From assembly GCA_965112735.1 (NCBI GenBank), contig OZ218957.1, forward strand, positions 1,240,001-1,304,000: 64,000 nucleotides of DNA, read 5' to 3'. The notes under the pieces are model-generated. The model did no database searches. It saw only the letters and a list, made by a program, of their open reading frames with translations, and was not told the origin of the DNA. The position numbers and the translations under genes were made by a program. The DNA is from Phaeosaccion multiseriatum. Taxonomy: Eukaryota; Protista; Ochrophyta, other classes. Shown one piece after another: positions 12,847 through 25,700 of this stretch (position 1 is its first letter; each line of letters begins with the position of its first letter).

Positions 12847-14471
12847 ATGGAGCGAGAAGATGGTTGGAATAAAGCTCCTGCCTCGCTAATTACAACTGTG
12901 TCCATTCGCCATAGGCCTCATCCAACCACGGTTCGAAAAACGGATGCTCCGATCCAGGTGGGTGGTGTTTTGCGCTGTGTGGATTGCTCGACCCTCGCCT
13001 CGTAAGTAAGCCGGGTGATTGATGCTTTTATGGATTGGCCACCACTCTACGCCTTTGCCAACCCCTCCCGAGGGGGGTTTGCTCTGTGGGTTGACCATTT
13101 ATGGAACCGCTTTTGTGTTCTCTCTCCCCCCTCTGCCTGTCGCCTTTGCCTCTCGCCTTTGCCCCCTCCCGTTCCGGCCCCTTTAAGGTTTCGCAGGGGG
13201 AGGATGGCGGCGTGCAGATTACGCAGCGGAAGCTGTGCTTGGTTTGCTCCAGGGCCGTTGCACCGTACGTGTGCCCCCGGTGTCGAGTGAGCTACTGCTC
13301 ATCGGCGTGCTACAAGCAGCACGGAGCGGCTTGTACCGAGGCCTTTTACAAGGCAAAGGTGGAGCAAGAGGTTGGGTGGGAGTCGAAAGATGACCACGAT
13401 AGGAACAAGATGCGCTCGCAAATGTCGGCCGTTTTGGATAGGGTAAAGGCGAGTCGGGAGCACGCAGCCGCCCCGCTGTCTCCACCACCTGACGCAAATT
13501 GCCAAGCAGAGACACTTGTCTCACGCATCGCTGCTGCTTTGTATGATGGAGGGGAAGAGGGGGACGTGGATTCCGTGCTTACTGAGCTCACTGCGGAGGA
13601 CCAGCGCCTGCTCGAACGTGTCTTGTCCTCTGGGGGCGGACAAGTTGCCAAGCTCATCAAGCCGTGGCGGCCGTGGTGGGAGAACAAGGGCGGGCTCGCC
13701 ATCGAGGAGGTTCACAGCAGGAGCAGCAGCAGCTCCGTAGGTCCCGTGGAGGCAGAAGGAGAGGCAGAGGGAGCCGGGGTGGAGTCCTGGATGGAGTCCT
13801 GCTGCGGCCTTCACTCCCTTGAGCATCTGAGACAAGAAACGACTTGCGAAAGCCTCCAGTCATTTCGAAGCCTAGCTGGTGCTCGGGAGCCGTCTCGGCT
13901 TGCTGCGCTTTGTCTGGTGGATTTTACTGCTGCTTACGCGTACACTTTGCGGAGATATAATGGCTGTTGGTGCCACGATGTGATGGAGGCTGCGAGTCTC
14001 TTTGTATCGCTCTCCCCTGCTCTCTACAGAGATGCGCGGTACCAGAGCGTTGGCCAAGCGATGAGAGAGAGCAGCTGTGCTATACAGTCCTCCATGTCGA
14101 TAGGCATGAGCTTCCCCGCTTCCCTGTGGAGTGATGTGCATGCCATCATGCTGGACTGTTGCCTGACTGCGTGTGCCCTGGCTGACGGACTAGCATTGGT
14201 CACCGCGGCTGCGGCTCTAACACTGCCCCCCGAACACGAGAAAGGAGGTGGCAAAGACACCCCCAAGACGACGAAAAAGGCCCAGCGAAAAAGGAAAGGG
14301 CAGAAGAGAGCATGGAAGCAGCTGGAGGCACATCGGCGAAAGCTCGAGTTTTTTATGTTGTGGGTGCAACAAGGGGAGGGCAGCAACACGACTGCCTCGG
14401 AGCTGGTAGCAGAAGCGGCGGAGCAAGTGCGAGAAAGTTTTGTCTTGGACTCTTGCCAACTCAAGCTATAG
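12847..14471 (+). CDS. ZNHIT2: Zinc finger HIT domain protein (ZNHIT2-like)
   Basis: CLVC...YVCPRCRVSYCSSACYKQH...CTEAFY HIT finger, 'KPWRPWW', 'AYAYTLRRYNG', 'KLEFFMLW'. Probable first exon 12847-12957 splices in phase 0 to 13188; start uncertain. Confidence 0.8.
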
Positions 14472-14555
14472 AGCCCTCCCTCTACTGCTGGGTTTCGAGA
14501 GCAAACCCACTGGGGGGTGCATAGCAACAGGGTTGGTCAGTCTCAGATTGGCGTG

Positions 14556-17500
14556 CTAGAAGCCCCTCCCACCTCGCGCTCCCCCCCTCCCGCCTCTGCC
14601 GCCGCCGCGGCCTCCGTGAGCGGCTGCTGCTCGCCGAGGAGTGTGCAGCATGGCAATGGTGAGTGCCACGGTGTCCGTGTTTCTGGCGCTTAGGCGCTGC
14701 TGGGGGTTCTGAATGAAGAGCGCAAAGGCTTCATGGAGGCGTGTCCGGAGGACCAGCAGATCCTTGACCACGTTGGGCGCTGCGCGGAATCGGATCCAGT
14801 CGTCGAGCGCCAGCACCACCTCTGCTCCTTCCCCGTCCTCTCCTGCCTCGAGGCCGCTTTCTTCAACTCTCAGGTTGCCACATAGCAGCAGCAAACTCAG
14901 GGCACTGGGCAAGAGGGAGATTAGGGAGTTGCGTGAGTCTTTTTCGGCGAGGCTTTGCGACGCAACGGTGACTAACGAACCTCAAGGGCGTGGTTTGGCT
15001 CATGACGAAGGAGTTGTTCGAGCGGCGCATCTCCCCAAAGGCTATGTACTCAGGGCAGTTGTCCGGCGATACGCACGGCATCGACAGGCGCTGCTGCCTG
15101 CCCGCATTGACCGAGCCCCCGTGCATCTTGGCGGAGTGGCCTGATACAGTCTTGAAGCTGGTGGCGCCATTCCCTCGCTGGGCAATGTTCGGGTACAGTC
15201 CGGCACAGAGCACGCTCGACAGCAAGCGCGTATCAGACGCGTGGGTATTGTTGGGCCTGTCACGGGGCAGGAACACATGATTGAGTAGACTATCCTCTCT
15301 ACTGGGAGAAAGGTGGCATCAAGCGACATACCTGGCGAAGGGACTTGGCAGTCCGATGGTGGTCAACTCTCGCGCCACTTGCGCTATGATGTCGTTAATC
15401 ATGCCTGCGGGGGAGGGAGGGGCGGAGCGGAAACGGGCCACAGGAAGATGATGCTTGGCGTTTCAGACCGCTTGGCGCGGTGAGCTCACTTACCCATGGT
15501 GCTCCCCGACAGAAAGTTGCGGTCGGCGAATGCGTAGGCAGCCCCCTGCCCCTTTTGGAGCGCGAGCTGCCATCCGTTGAGAGCCCCGAGCAGGGCTATC
15601 ATGTCGCTTTCGGAGCCCGCTGCGAGCGCCTACCCGCCATCAACAAGTGCACACGCTATGAGTTGCATATGAAGCAAAGTTGAGACGTATCTCACCCCAC
15701 CTGAGCTTACCTGCTTGGCCTTGTTGGCTTGACTCTTTTGGCCGGCGTCCATGGGGAGAACAAAGGGGTCTTTGTAGCACATGGCACAGGCGATCTGTGC
15801 ACCGAAAATAGAGGGACGCTTTTTAGACACACAGAACTGGTATCGTAGAACATATCCACAGCACTGACCTGTGTGGAAGGTGCCGCTATTCCGAAGAGGT
15901 ATGCCCACATGACCATCTTGCCCACCAGCGGGTCCACAGACAGCCCAGACAGCCTCGTACCCAAATCCGTCAGCTCCTTTGTGTGTGTGGATTGCAGGGC
16001 AGAGTTTTGGAGGTGTGTTACTGTACAAGACCGCTAGAAAACAGCAGCCTTGACAAACTACCGCACCGTACCTCGCTATCATCAATGGCTCCGATGCTCT
16101 CGAGCCTCTCTACGGCATTCCGCACTGCCAGGGGGTGAGGCGCGTCCATGGCTTTGCTCAGGAAGCCGGCCAAACCGTCTGTCAGGGAGTGGGGGGCGGA
16201 CTTTTTTTTAGGGAACAGACGCTGTGCGTGTGATGAAAGCAGGAAACCGCCCAAACCGTACCAGTTCTCGGAGAGGTGAGACCCAGGGCAAGCGTCTGCA
16301 GGCACACCTCCTCCAAGGGAGTGCACAGCAGCTCAGAGTCCCGGTGCTCGCGGAGACTCTCGAATCGACGCGCGCTAAAGAGATGGAAGCACACTCCAGC
16401 CTGCGATGGAGAGATAGAGACCGATTATCAGTGGGGTGGTGGAAGGCTCGCTTCGCGTCGGTGTGATCACCTTGGTTCTGCCCGCTCGGCCCCTTCTTTG
16501 CTTCGCAGACGCTTTGGAGACCCACTGCGCTACCAGCGTCTTGAGCTTCAGATGGGGGTCGTAGCTCTGCTCTTTGGCCCTAAGTAACAAGAACAAAAGG
16601 TTCGGGGCTCAGACTCAGGTTCATCTTGTTGAGGCTCAAAGGGATGCACACGAACCTCCCGCTATCGACAACGAAGGAAACGTCGTCGATAGTGATGGAA
16701 GTCTCGGCAATGTTGGTGGACAAGATGATCTTCCTGCATCCCTTGGGCGGCCGCTTGAACACTTCCCGCTGCTTCTTGGTCGGGATACCCGAATGGAGTG
16801 GATGCACGGCGAACAGGGTCGAGTCCTGCCACAAGGAAGATATACATCCCCCCACCCATTAGATATGAGGCAGATTTCCAACAAAAGACCACCCACAGAG
16901 CTACGTACCGCAAAGAAAGGCGTCCTTTTGAGCAGGCCTTGCAGCCTGGAAATATCGTCCCAGCCGGGCAGGAACACGAGGATGGCCCCTTCCTCGTAGG
17001 CCGAGGTGCAAATGTACTCAAGGAGGCTTGCGATCAGGTCATAGTCCACCTGACAGTGTGTGGGTGTGCGTGGGTGCTATTGGAGAAACAATAAACAAGC
17101 CTTCCCTTGTTTGAGGACCCGCACCTGTTCGTCGTCGAAGGCAAACTGGTACCTGGACAGCAGCCCTTCCGCAAGCTTGTCGGCCTTCCTCATGTTGAAG
17201 GCCCCCTGACCGTCCCACATCACGGAGTCCACAGCAGCCGCTACGATACCCTCCCTGCCAAGTGGCGGCGCGTCCTCGTCGTCCTCATCATCCTCGTCCA
17301 CACCGCCGAGCGATCCTAACGCAGGCAGAGACGGGGGAGGGGCTGTCTTGCTCAGGGACAAGTGCCTTCTCGTTTTGTAGATCACTCTCTCTCTCTCATC
17401 CTCACCGTTACTCTCGACCTCCCCGTCGTCGAGGCGGTCTGCTTCTTCCAGCGCGAGGCCCGGCTGCCCCCCGCTTTGTGCCAGAGCGCTGCTGTCGCCC

Positions 17501-19493
17501 CCCTGGTCCTCCTCGCCGAAGCAGAGTGCAACGTGCGTGCCCAATTCTTCCGCAGCTCTACAGGAGGGAAGGTGGGTGGGGGCGGGGGGTAAATATTGTG
17601 GAGGCTCTGTAGACACTGCAAACGGCGAAGACTCACTTGAAGCCCTTTTTTTTGCACATGGGGCAGTTGTAGGCTTCCTCTTGGGAGAGTGCTCCTTTCT
17701 TTGGATCCGGACACGCCAAGGCCAGAAGACCGGACATGTCTGCTACCCCCTTTCCACGGCCTCCTCCCCCTCCCTTCGGTTGAGAGGCCCCCACCTGTCC
17801 AGAGTCCAGGTACCCTGTCTGCATCAACACGTCCTCCAGAAAGAACTGCAACACGTCATACCCATACACACGGACGAGGGAGTGGAGTCAGCAGATTGAC
17901 AACAAGGTTTGGTGCTGTTCTCTTGTCGTGGACAAGGATCTCCTCTCTCACCTCCTGCACGGGGAAGGTTCGTGCACCGATGGTGACGATGGGACAGTTA
18001 CCAAAGTACGCCGCGTACTTGGATTGCTGCAGAGTCGCTGACATGAGGATGAGGCGGAAGTCGGGTCGAGTGGGTAGCAAGTCCCGTAGGATGATCTGCC
18101 CGCCGTTGCACCAAAAGGGATGGGTGGGGGTGTCCCGTAAGCAAACAAGCACAACGGGAGGGGAGGCAAGAGAGAGGACACTTACGAGAAGGAACTCGCT
18201 GTTCTTGTCCCGCTCGTGCACCTCATCAATGATGATGTGCGTATAGGCGCTGAGGGTGGGGTCGGAGAAGAGCTTTTTGAGCAGTATTCCCGGAGTCATG
18301 AGCAAGAGCTGAGTGTGCTGGCTTGTCGAGCTTTCCAGGCGGATGGTGTAGCCCACCACGTTTCCCTGATGGATATGAAGAGAAAAAATGAAACGTCAGA
18401 GAAGGTTCCTCGCCGGGTCGGTGGGCGTGCGCACAACCAACTCACAGTCTGTTCACAGCGCTCTTCTGCAATCCTCTCCGCCACGGCCACGGCCGATATT
18501 CGCCTCGGCTGGGTGCAGCACATTCGGCAGTGCGGGCCAATCTCGTCGTCGTCCAGCAAGAACTGCGGCACCTGTGTGGACTTTCCACACCCCGTCTCCC
18601 CCGCTACTAGCACCACCTGGTGGCTCTTGACCATGGCCAGGATCGTCTCTCGATAGCTCCAGGCCGGCAGCTTGCGGCGGAAAGCCATACTACTTTTGTA
18701 CGCAGGCATGCCTTCCTTCTGGATCTTGCGCTGCGTATATACCTGATCCACCCTCTTGTCGGTCTGGAGATGGGGCTGGGGAGCTGCTGCAGCAGCTGCT
18801 GCTTTGGCATTCATCTCATTCCGTTGCCGCCTCTTGCTCATGAGCTTCTTCTGCGTGACAAGACCGGCCGCAGCATCAAGCCCTAAAGCATACAATATGG
18901 AACAAGTGAGATTCGTTAGTCACGGCTGCTGCTTGATCGCCCGGCACACGGGGTTGGACTCGCCTTCCGCCATGGCCGCGTTGGCGACACTCTCCATCTC
19001 CGCCGCTTGGACGGAGTGGCGCCCAAAATACTCTGACAGCATCTGCTGGCAGGCAGGAGTAATCAGCGGGCCCAAGAGGGGTATCTCCGATATATCGCTC
19101 CGTTCTTGAGAAGCCGCCCCGGCCATCTTGTACACAGAAATGAAGCGTTTGTCGTCCTTCCCTTTCGACTTGCTTTTTAGGCCCAAGCCACGGCAGATCG
19201 TGTGAAGGAATTTGCGCTCCGTATTGTCCAGAGTATTGGAGAACACCAACGTCGTATTCGCCTACACGACATGCATTCGCTTAAAGGATAAGAACGTTGT
19301 TCACAGGGGCAAGCCACCCACCAAAAAAAAGAAAAACAAAACAAAACAAAAAACACACCTCATCGTCTCTGAACGCCTCCAGCTTCCTCTGAAGAGCGAT
19401 CCGCTTTTCCTCCGCGACCGTAGAAGGTGCCAGCCCCCTCTGGCCACCCGCCGAGCCTGTTTTGGAGGGCTTTGCTTTGCCGTCTCGCGCCAT
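14556..19493 (-). CDS. DEAH/RHA RNA helicase with N-terminal R3H domain (DHX36/YTHDC2-like group) and C-terminal RGG tail
   Basis: R3H '[20 protein letters not shown]', [63 protein letters not shown]2/OB segments, [15 protein letters not shown] end; many introns. Confidence 0.92.
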
Positions 19494-19621
19494 AATTAAC
19501 GACGCCTTGTGCCCCCGAGACATGCGAGGAATCGAGGAACAGACCTTCGCGCGTTGGTGCTCCCCCAAGTCACAGCTGGATTTTTTCGCGCCCGAGCACC
19601 CCAAGAGAAGGCATAAGTTGA

Positions 19622-21181
19622 ATGCCTTCGACCGGGGCCTTGTATGCCCTCGCTCTCGCAGTTCGGCTTTGCTTTGTGGCATGGGGCCATTGGCAAGACA
19701 CGCATTTTGCACACCTCCTGCCTTACACGGATGTGGACTACCATGTGTTCAACGACGCCGCGGGTCATGTCCTGGCCGGGGAGTCTCCGTACTTACGACC
19801 GACGTACCGTTACCCTCCTTTACTTGCCTGGCTTCTCGTTCCAAACTTCTTGCTCCACCCTTGCTTTGGCAAGGTGCTGTTCAGTGTGGCGGACGTGTGG
19901 GTTGGGAGGCTGATTGAGGTCATTTTGAGGATGGGCATTCGCTCTGGAGAGAAGACGACGGCGGTGTCTCCCATGTTCTGCGCCAAACTCTGGCTGTTCA
20001 ATCCACTGGCCGTGAACATTTGTACTCGAGGTAGTGCGGATGCTGTGTCCATGGTGCTCATCCTTCTCGCGCTGTATGGAGCCATGGCTCGCAGGGACTG
20101 CTTGGCAGCAGCGGCCTTTGGAGGAGCGGTGCATCTGCGTGTGTATCCCATCATTTACGGCACTGGCTTTGTTGTATGGTTGGGCACCAGGCAGCAAGTG
20201 CGTCGAAGGGCCAATATGGTGTGGGCGCTGCTTCGGAGTCGGTACGTGTGCTGGTTCGTAGCCCCCAATCCATTTCGCCTCACACACACTCTCTCAACCC
20301 AAACAGGCGGATGTGGCTGTTTTCCCTATCCAGTGCCGCCGTCTTTGGGGCTCTTACAGCTGGTTGTCACTGGCTCTACCCTGGCCCCGCGGGCTTTTTC
20401 CAGAATGCGCTGCGGTATCACGTGGGTCGAACGGATCACAGGCACAATTTCTCTCTCTACTGGTACACGCTGTATCAGAATTTTGGCCAACCAGCCTCCA
20501 GGACGGGAGGTCTGCTGGCTTTCGTACCGCAGGTGGGTGCACATGCTCGTATATTCGTTGTTGTTTGCTGCTTCAACAGCCAAAACCGCGGGCCCCGAAA
20601 CACAATGCAGGTGGTGCTGCTCATCGCCTCGGCGCTGCGCTTCGGAAGGGTGGACTTGAGCTTCTGCTTGTTCCTGCAGACCATGCTCTTCGTCATGCAT
20701 AACAAGGTGAGAGATGGTGACCTGGCTACTGTGCCGAAACTGAAACTCCCCATTAAGCGATGCCACCCTACTCGCTCAGGTGTGCACTGGGCAGTACTTC
20801 GTGTGGTACCTCAGCCTCTTGCCGCTGGTTGCGTCGCGTCTCCGACCACCCTTCACTCCGCTGCTGAGTGCGAGTATCATGTGGCTCCTCACTTTGGGTC
20901 TGTGGCTCTTCTTTGCGCATCGCCTAGAGATGCAGGGGCGAGGCGTATTCTTGCAGGTCCGCCCCCCACCTCCCCCTGTCGTCCTGCCGGGATGCCAGCA
21001 CACGCGGGGCCTCACTGATAACACAAGCGCCCTCCCCTCCTCCCCGCAGGTGCATCTGTCCGGCATAGCCTTCTACGTGGCCAACTTGGGCGTGCTGGCA
21101 GCGGTCCTTCGAAACAGAGGCGTTTGTGTTGGCCTTTCGCTGTCCAAAGACCCAGAGAGACCGAGAGCCGTAGAGAGTTAG
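19622..21181 (+). CDS. PIGM: GPI mannosyltransferase I
   Basis: 'YTDVDYHVFNDAA', 'SPYLRPTYRYPPLLAWLL', 'WLFNP...ICTRGSAD', 'YHVGRTDHRHNFSLYWY', 'FVMHNKVCTGQYFVWY'. Confidence 0.93.
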
Positions 21182-21414
21182 AGGGAGGGGAAAGGAAAGA
21201 GAACAAAAACCAAGATTTCGACACGGTGTGCAGAGATCTATTTACACGAGGTCGGCAGACCAGGGCTTCACGTCTTCGAACGTCTCCCGTTTTCCCGCCA
21301 TCACCCCCTCGCCCTTTCAGTTTTCAATTTTGGACTTTTCGGGGGTTTCCAGACGGACATATGTGATGAAGTGATCTATAAACACATAAACACCAATTAT
21401 TAGTCTCGCGAACG

Positions 21415-22782
21415 ATGGGTGTCACAAGATTCGGAGCGCTCTCGTGTGCTGCAGCAGCAGTACTTCCTCTCGCCACAGCTTTTCTCGTGCCTTTGCCAAT
21501 CCCGCAGCAAAATGCAGGCCTGTCGGGGCCAAGGGCTGGAGGCCATCGCCAACTAAAGGTTGCTTTGTCGGCCGAGCCGGGTAGCGACGAAATAGCAAAG
21601 ATGCTCGGAGCTTCGTCTGACGTGAGTGCGCGGTCCTGCAGCTGATGGTCACGGATGAGCAGATCTGACACACGCCTTGTCCCAAAATTGCAGGGTGCAG
21701 CAGGGCCAGACGGAGGAGCTGGGGGACCATCAGGAGCTGAGACTCTGAAGGTAAAAGGAACGGGACTGTCGGCTGTAGCATCAAGCTTTGTGTTCATTGG
21801 CCGCTGCGTTCTCTTCCTGGCAGATGGGCGGGGGGGACATTGAGTACAAGCGGTACATGGGGGGCGAGAAGGAGGGGGACGACTTCAGCGTGCCGGAGAA
21901 CTACAAGGCGTCGCCCATGCCCACAAGAGAAGAGCTGCTTAGTATGCTGAACCCCTGCGCGAACGTTTCGGGGCTTCCTTTGATCAGAGTAGTGGTACGT
22001 GTTTGAGCGGCAACTCCTGAAGCGACATGTATCACCCTGTCTCACGTGGACGAGATGCGCACCCGCAGGTGCTCGGATGCTCTGCATCGGAGGCAACTTT
22101 AGTAAAGTGGATGGCTAAGCAGGATGAACTCTTCACGGGGATGTACTGCACGTGGGATGAGAGCCAAGGGTGCGTGCCTTTGCCTTCCGGCCTTGCTTGT
22201 ACCCGGTGCTTAATGTCTGTTTGTTTTGGCCTCTCCTGCACAGCCCATTTGAGGAGGGCATCTTGAAGAACCGCTGGACGCAAATGTGTCCTATGAAGGA
22301 AAGCCTGAACCCGGACGAGGTGATGGGTCTGCTTGACTTTATCAACGCGGACCTTGTGGTGGCAGGAGAGTCCTACAAGGTAGGAAGTGGAAGGGGGGGG
22401 GGGGGGGAGCAATGCTTGGAGAGAAGGAAGGAGAAAACGCGCAGCGAAGGCAGACGGGGAAGCAGTTGTTTTGGTCTTGCTTGCTTTGCTTATGGACCCG
22501 TTGTATCGCCCCTCTCGCTTTTGCCTTTCCTCCCTTCCGGGGCAGGACAATGCGGAGTTTTTGGGTGAGTTGGCGGCCAAGGCGGAGGAAAGTGGGATTC
22601 GGTACCTCGGGCCTGAGTTGGCCACGCCGGGCGCAGTGAAGAAGCTTTCTTCGGCGGTACAACTCCTCCAAAAAGAAAAGGAGAAGAAGATTCAGTCAAC
22701 GAAGGCAGAGGCCGCGGAGGAACTGCCGGAAGCAAAGGGTTCGGCTTTGGACAGAAGGATAGGAAGTGGCAAGAGCCTGTGA
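21415..22782 (+). CDS. Plastid-targeted protein with a degenerate GARS_N / pre-ATP-grasp-like domain
   Basis: Bipartite presequence (...LPLATA-FLVP). Spliced product 'RVVVLGCSASEATLVKWMAK...PDEVMGLLDFINADLVVAGES...LAAKAEESGIRYLGPE' aligns by eye to the PurD N-domain pattern. Confidence 0.6.
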
Positions 22783-22796
22783 GGTCCCTGTGTATT

Positions 22797-25700
22797 TCAC
22801 TTAGAGATGGTAGCAGAAGCGGCGGACCCCAGGCCCGGTGGCGGTTTGAGCTTATCCAGAGCGGTGCCCAGCCTCGCCGCCAGCGTGCTTAACTTGTCGA
22901 GGTGCGCCTTGTCCACTGGATCCACCTTGGCCTCTTTGATCCACTCCGCCGTTTGAGCCTGAGCAGCAAAGGAGGGTCGGAAAGGAAGCTGCTTTTAAGT
23001 CTTGTCGCTCTCTCAGGAGCTCCGAGGGAGGCACAAGTTCCCCGCCCACCCACCCACCTTGATAAAGTCCCTGCGCAGGAAGAAGTGAGCACGCACCATC
23101 CCCTCCCAGCCCTTGGGGGGGCGTAACAGCATGTCCAGCATTGCATACTCCACGGTGGCCGCCCTGCATGGCCGCCGCATGATATAAATATCTTATATAA
23201 ATATGTATACACAGCAACCCACCGGTGGGACAGCCCGTTTTGCCAGCAAGTGCTGTACCCTCACCTGATCACCGCATTGTACGCCCGATTCTGTTTGTCG
23301 CCTTGAGGCGTGCCCAGCTGCCGTTCATAGCCCTGCCAAAGCACACACACAGTCAATCAATCAAGGGGTGAGCGAGAGGGAGAGAGTCGGCTTCTTCCTC
23401 CTCCACTAACTACGACGTACCGGCTCGTTGAAGAAGGGCTGCGGCACCAAGATGAGGCTCTGTTGGGGGGGGGGGGACACATCAAGGACAACAAGTCAGT
23501 CTGCTGCACACACTCTGCCGTTGCAACCAAGTGGGGCACCACAGACCTGGATGGAGACGAGCACTTGCAGAATGGTGGACGTGGCTGGGTGCCAAGTCTC
23601 GCCGCCCTTGCCTTCCCATGTGCCCAGCAGGGACAGACACACCTGCGACAAGGGAGGGGAACAGACCATTATGATATCACACACCCCCAACACCCTCTCC
23701 TTTCAACTCCAGTGACCGCGTACCTTTCCGTTATTGTACAGATTCTGGATGGGTAAGGGGGGGGAGAGAAAGAGAGACGAGGGTGGGGGCGGATGTCATG
23801 ATTCAACAAAGAGCCCCCGACTCTACTCGAGCGTGGCCACAAAGAAGCTCACCGGGTTGAAGCGCACAGTACCGTGCCCTGTGGTTTGTAGAGACACCTT
23901 GGGCGCCTCGTATGGGTAGCGCATGGGGAAGTACACATCGAAGAGGAACAGCCCCGCTGAGTAGGGCGTGTCCTCGGGCCCTGAGACGATGCTTTGCATC
24001 TTGTCCATGCAGGTAGAGTGCGCCCGAGCGAAGATGGAGGACGACAGGTTGAGAGGCAAGCTCTTGACCAGGTCTGCGTGCTCCTGGGCAAGGCGCTTGA
24101 CGCGCTCCCTGCTACCCCCTCCTCCTCCCCCTCCTGCAACGGCTGCGGCGGCTGCTTTTGCTGCAGCTGTTGCTGCTGCCGGGTGCTTTGGCTTGGGCAC
24201 TGGTGCCGACGCCATGACGGTGGTTCGGAAGCCCGGTAAGTCATCAATATCATCGTACTGCGATTCCAAACATCGCACGAGCGAGAATGAGGTAACGACC
24301 GGGAAATGAACCAAACCACCTTCCTCGTGTGCTGGAAGGACGACTTACCTGCAGCGGGCCCATCACTGCACTATACTGGCGCAAAGCAGCAGCCTCCTCC
24401 TCCCTCCCCTTGTCCTTGTCCTCCTCCTCCTGGTCACCGTCGGCTGTCTTGGTGTCCCTCCCCTCCAGCCTCTGCAAGGCCTCCTTGTCCACGGCGGCCT
24501 CCACTTCCTCCATCACCTCCAGTACCAGCTCCATGAGGTGGGAGTCCTCTGGGGCTGCGGAGTCGCTTGTAGCTTGCCCAGCCTTGGCTCGTGTGGACAC
24601 GTACACCTGTCTCGGCGGACGCAATCGTGTCAGCCGAAAAGCACGCACACTTCACTCCTCATTGCAACAGAGCTAGTCTTACCTTCGCCAGCTCACTCTG
24701 CTTGCAAAGCAGTCTGTACAGACACTTTCGACTGTCCGACTGACCCCCCAAGGACAAGAGGAGACCCGAAAGCTGGGAAGGGAAAAAAAGAGAGATGTTA
24801 GTCTCTCGTGTTAGTGGGTCGTCTGCGACTCTGGCCCCCGCCCCCACCTGCTTCCACGACGCGAGGCTCCTGACGAGATTGAACACGATGGCGTACAGAG
24901 ACGCGTGTCTGTCCATGTCTAGGAGCGAATCGCACTCCAAGTACTGCTGCAGAAGGGGCACCAGGCAAGACTCCTCCAGCACTTGCATGCCTCCACGCAC
25001 AGCCGCCAGGCGAGCCTCTTCCTTCTCGACGGCCTCTGGATCTAGGCTCTCTTCTTCTTGGTCAATGTCCACGGGGCTGCCTCTGCTGCCATTCCCCTTG
25101 GCAGGCTGCAGGAATTCGCGGATGCGCTGGGAGAGAGAGAGAGAGGGCACCACACACACACATGCCACGCGTTGAGACACGCGCTCTATGTACAGCCCTC
25201 TTGCGCTCTGACGAAGCTTTTCTCACCTGCAAGAGGTCTTCCACCAGCCTGTCCTTCTCCCGCTGGGCAGCCAAGAAGGACTCCACATCCCACGAAGGCT
25301 TTCCCGAATCGCTGTGGCCATAGCCCGTTCCTTTGGCCCAATAATTTCCCTGCTTGCCCCCCTTGACAGCCTGAGGTTGTGCCTCACCTCCTGCCCCCCC
25401 CCCTCCTCCCTTTGCTGCTGCTCCTCCACCAGTCGCAGCCTTTGTCTTTGCGTTGAGCTCATCCACCTTCTGCTGGGACGACGTGTGAGAGGAGGACAGC
25501 GCCGCCGCAGCAGCCCCTGCCGCTAACAATGTCTCTGAGGTGGCGGCTTCGCGGGGCTTCTTGCTGTCTGACCATTTCCTCTTCTTCTCGCTCGAGCTGC
25601 CCTTCCCCTTGGCCTCATCCCCCGTGCTCTGCTCGTTGTTCTTGACAGCAGCCTGTGGGCGGACCTCTGTGATGAGGCCCAGCCGTAGCAGCATGTGCTC

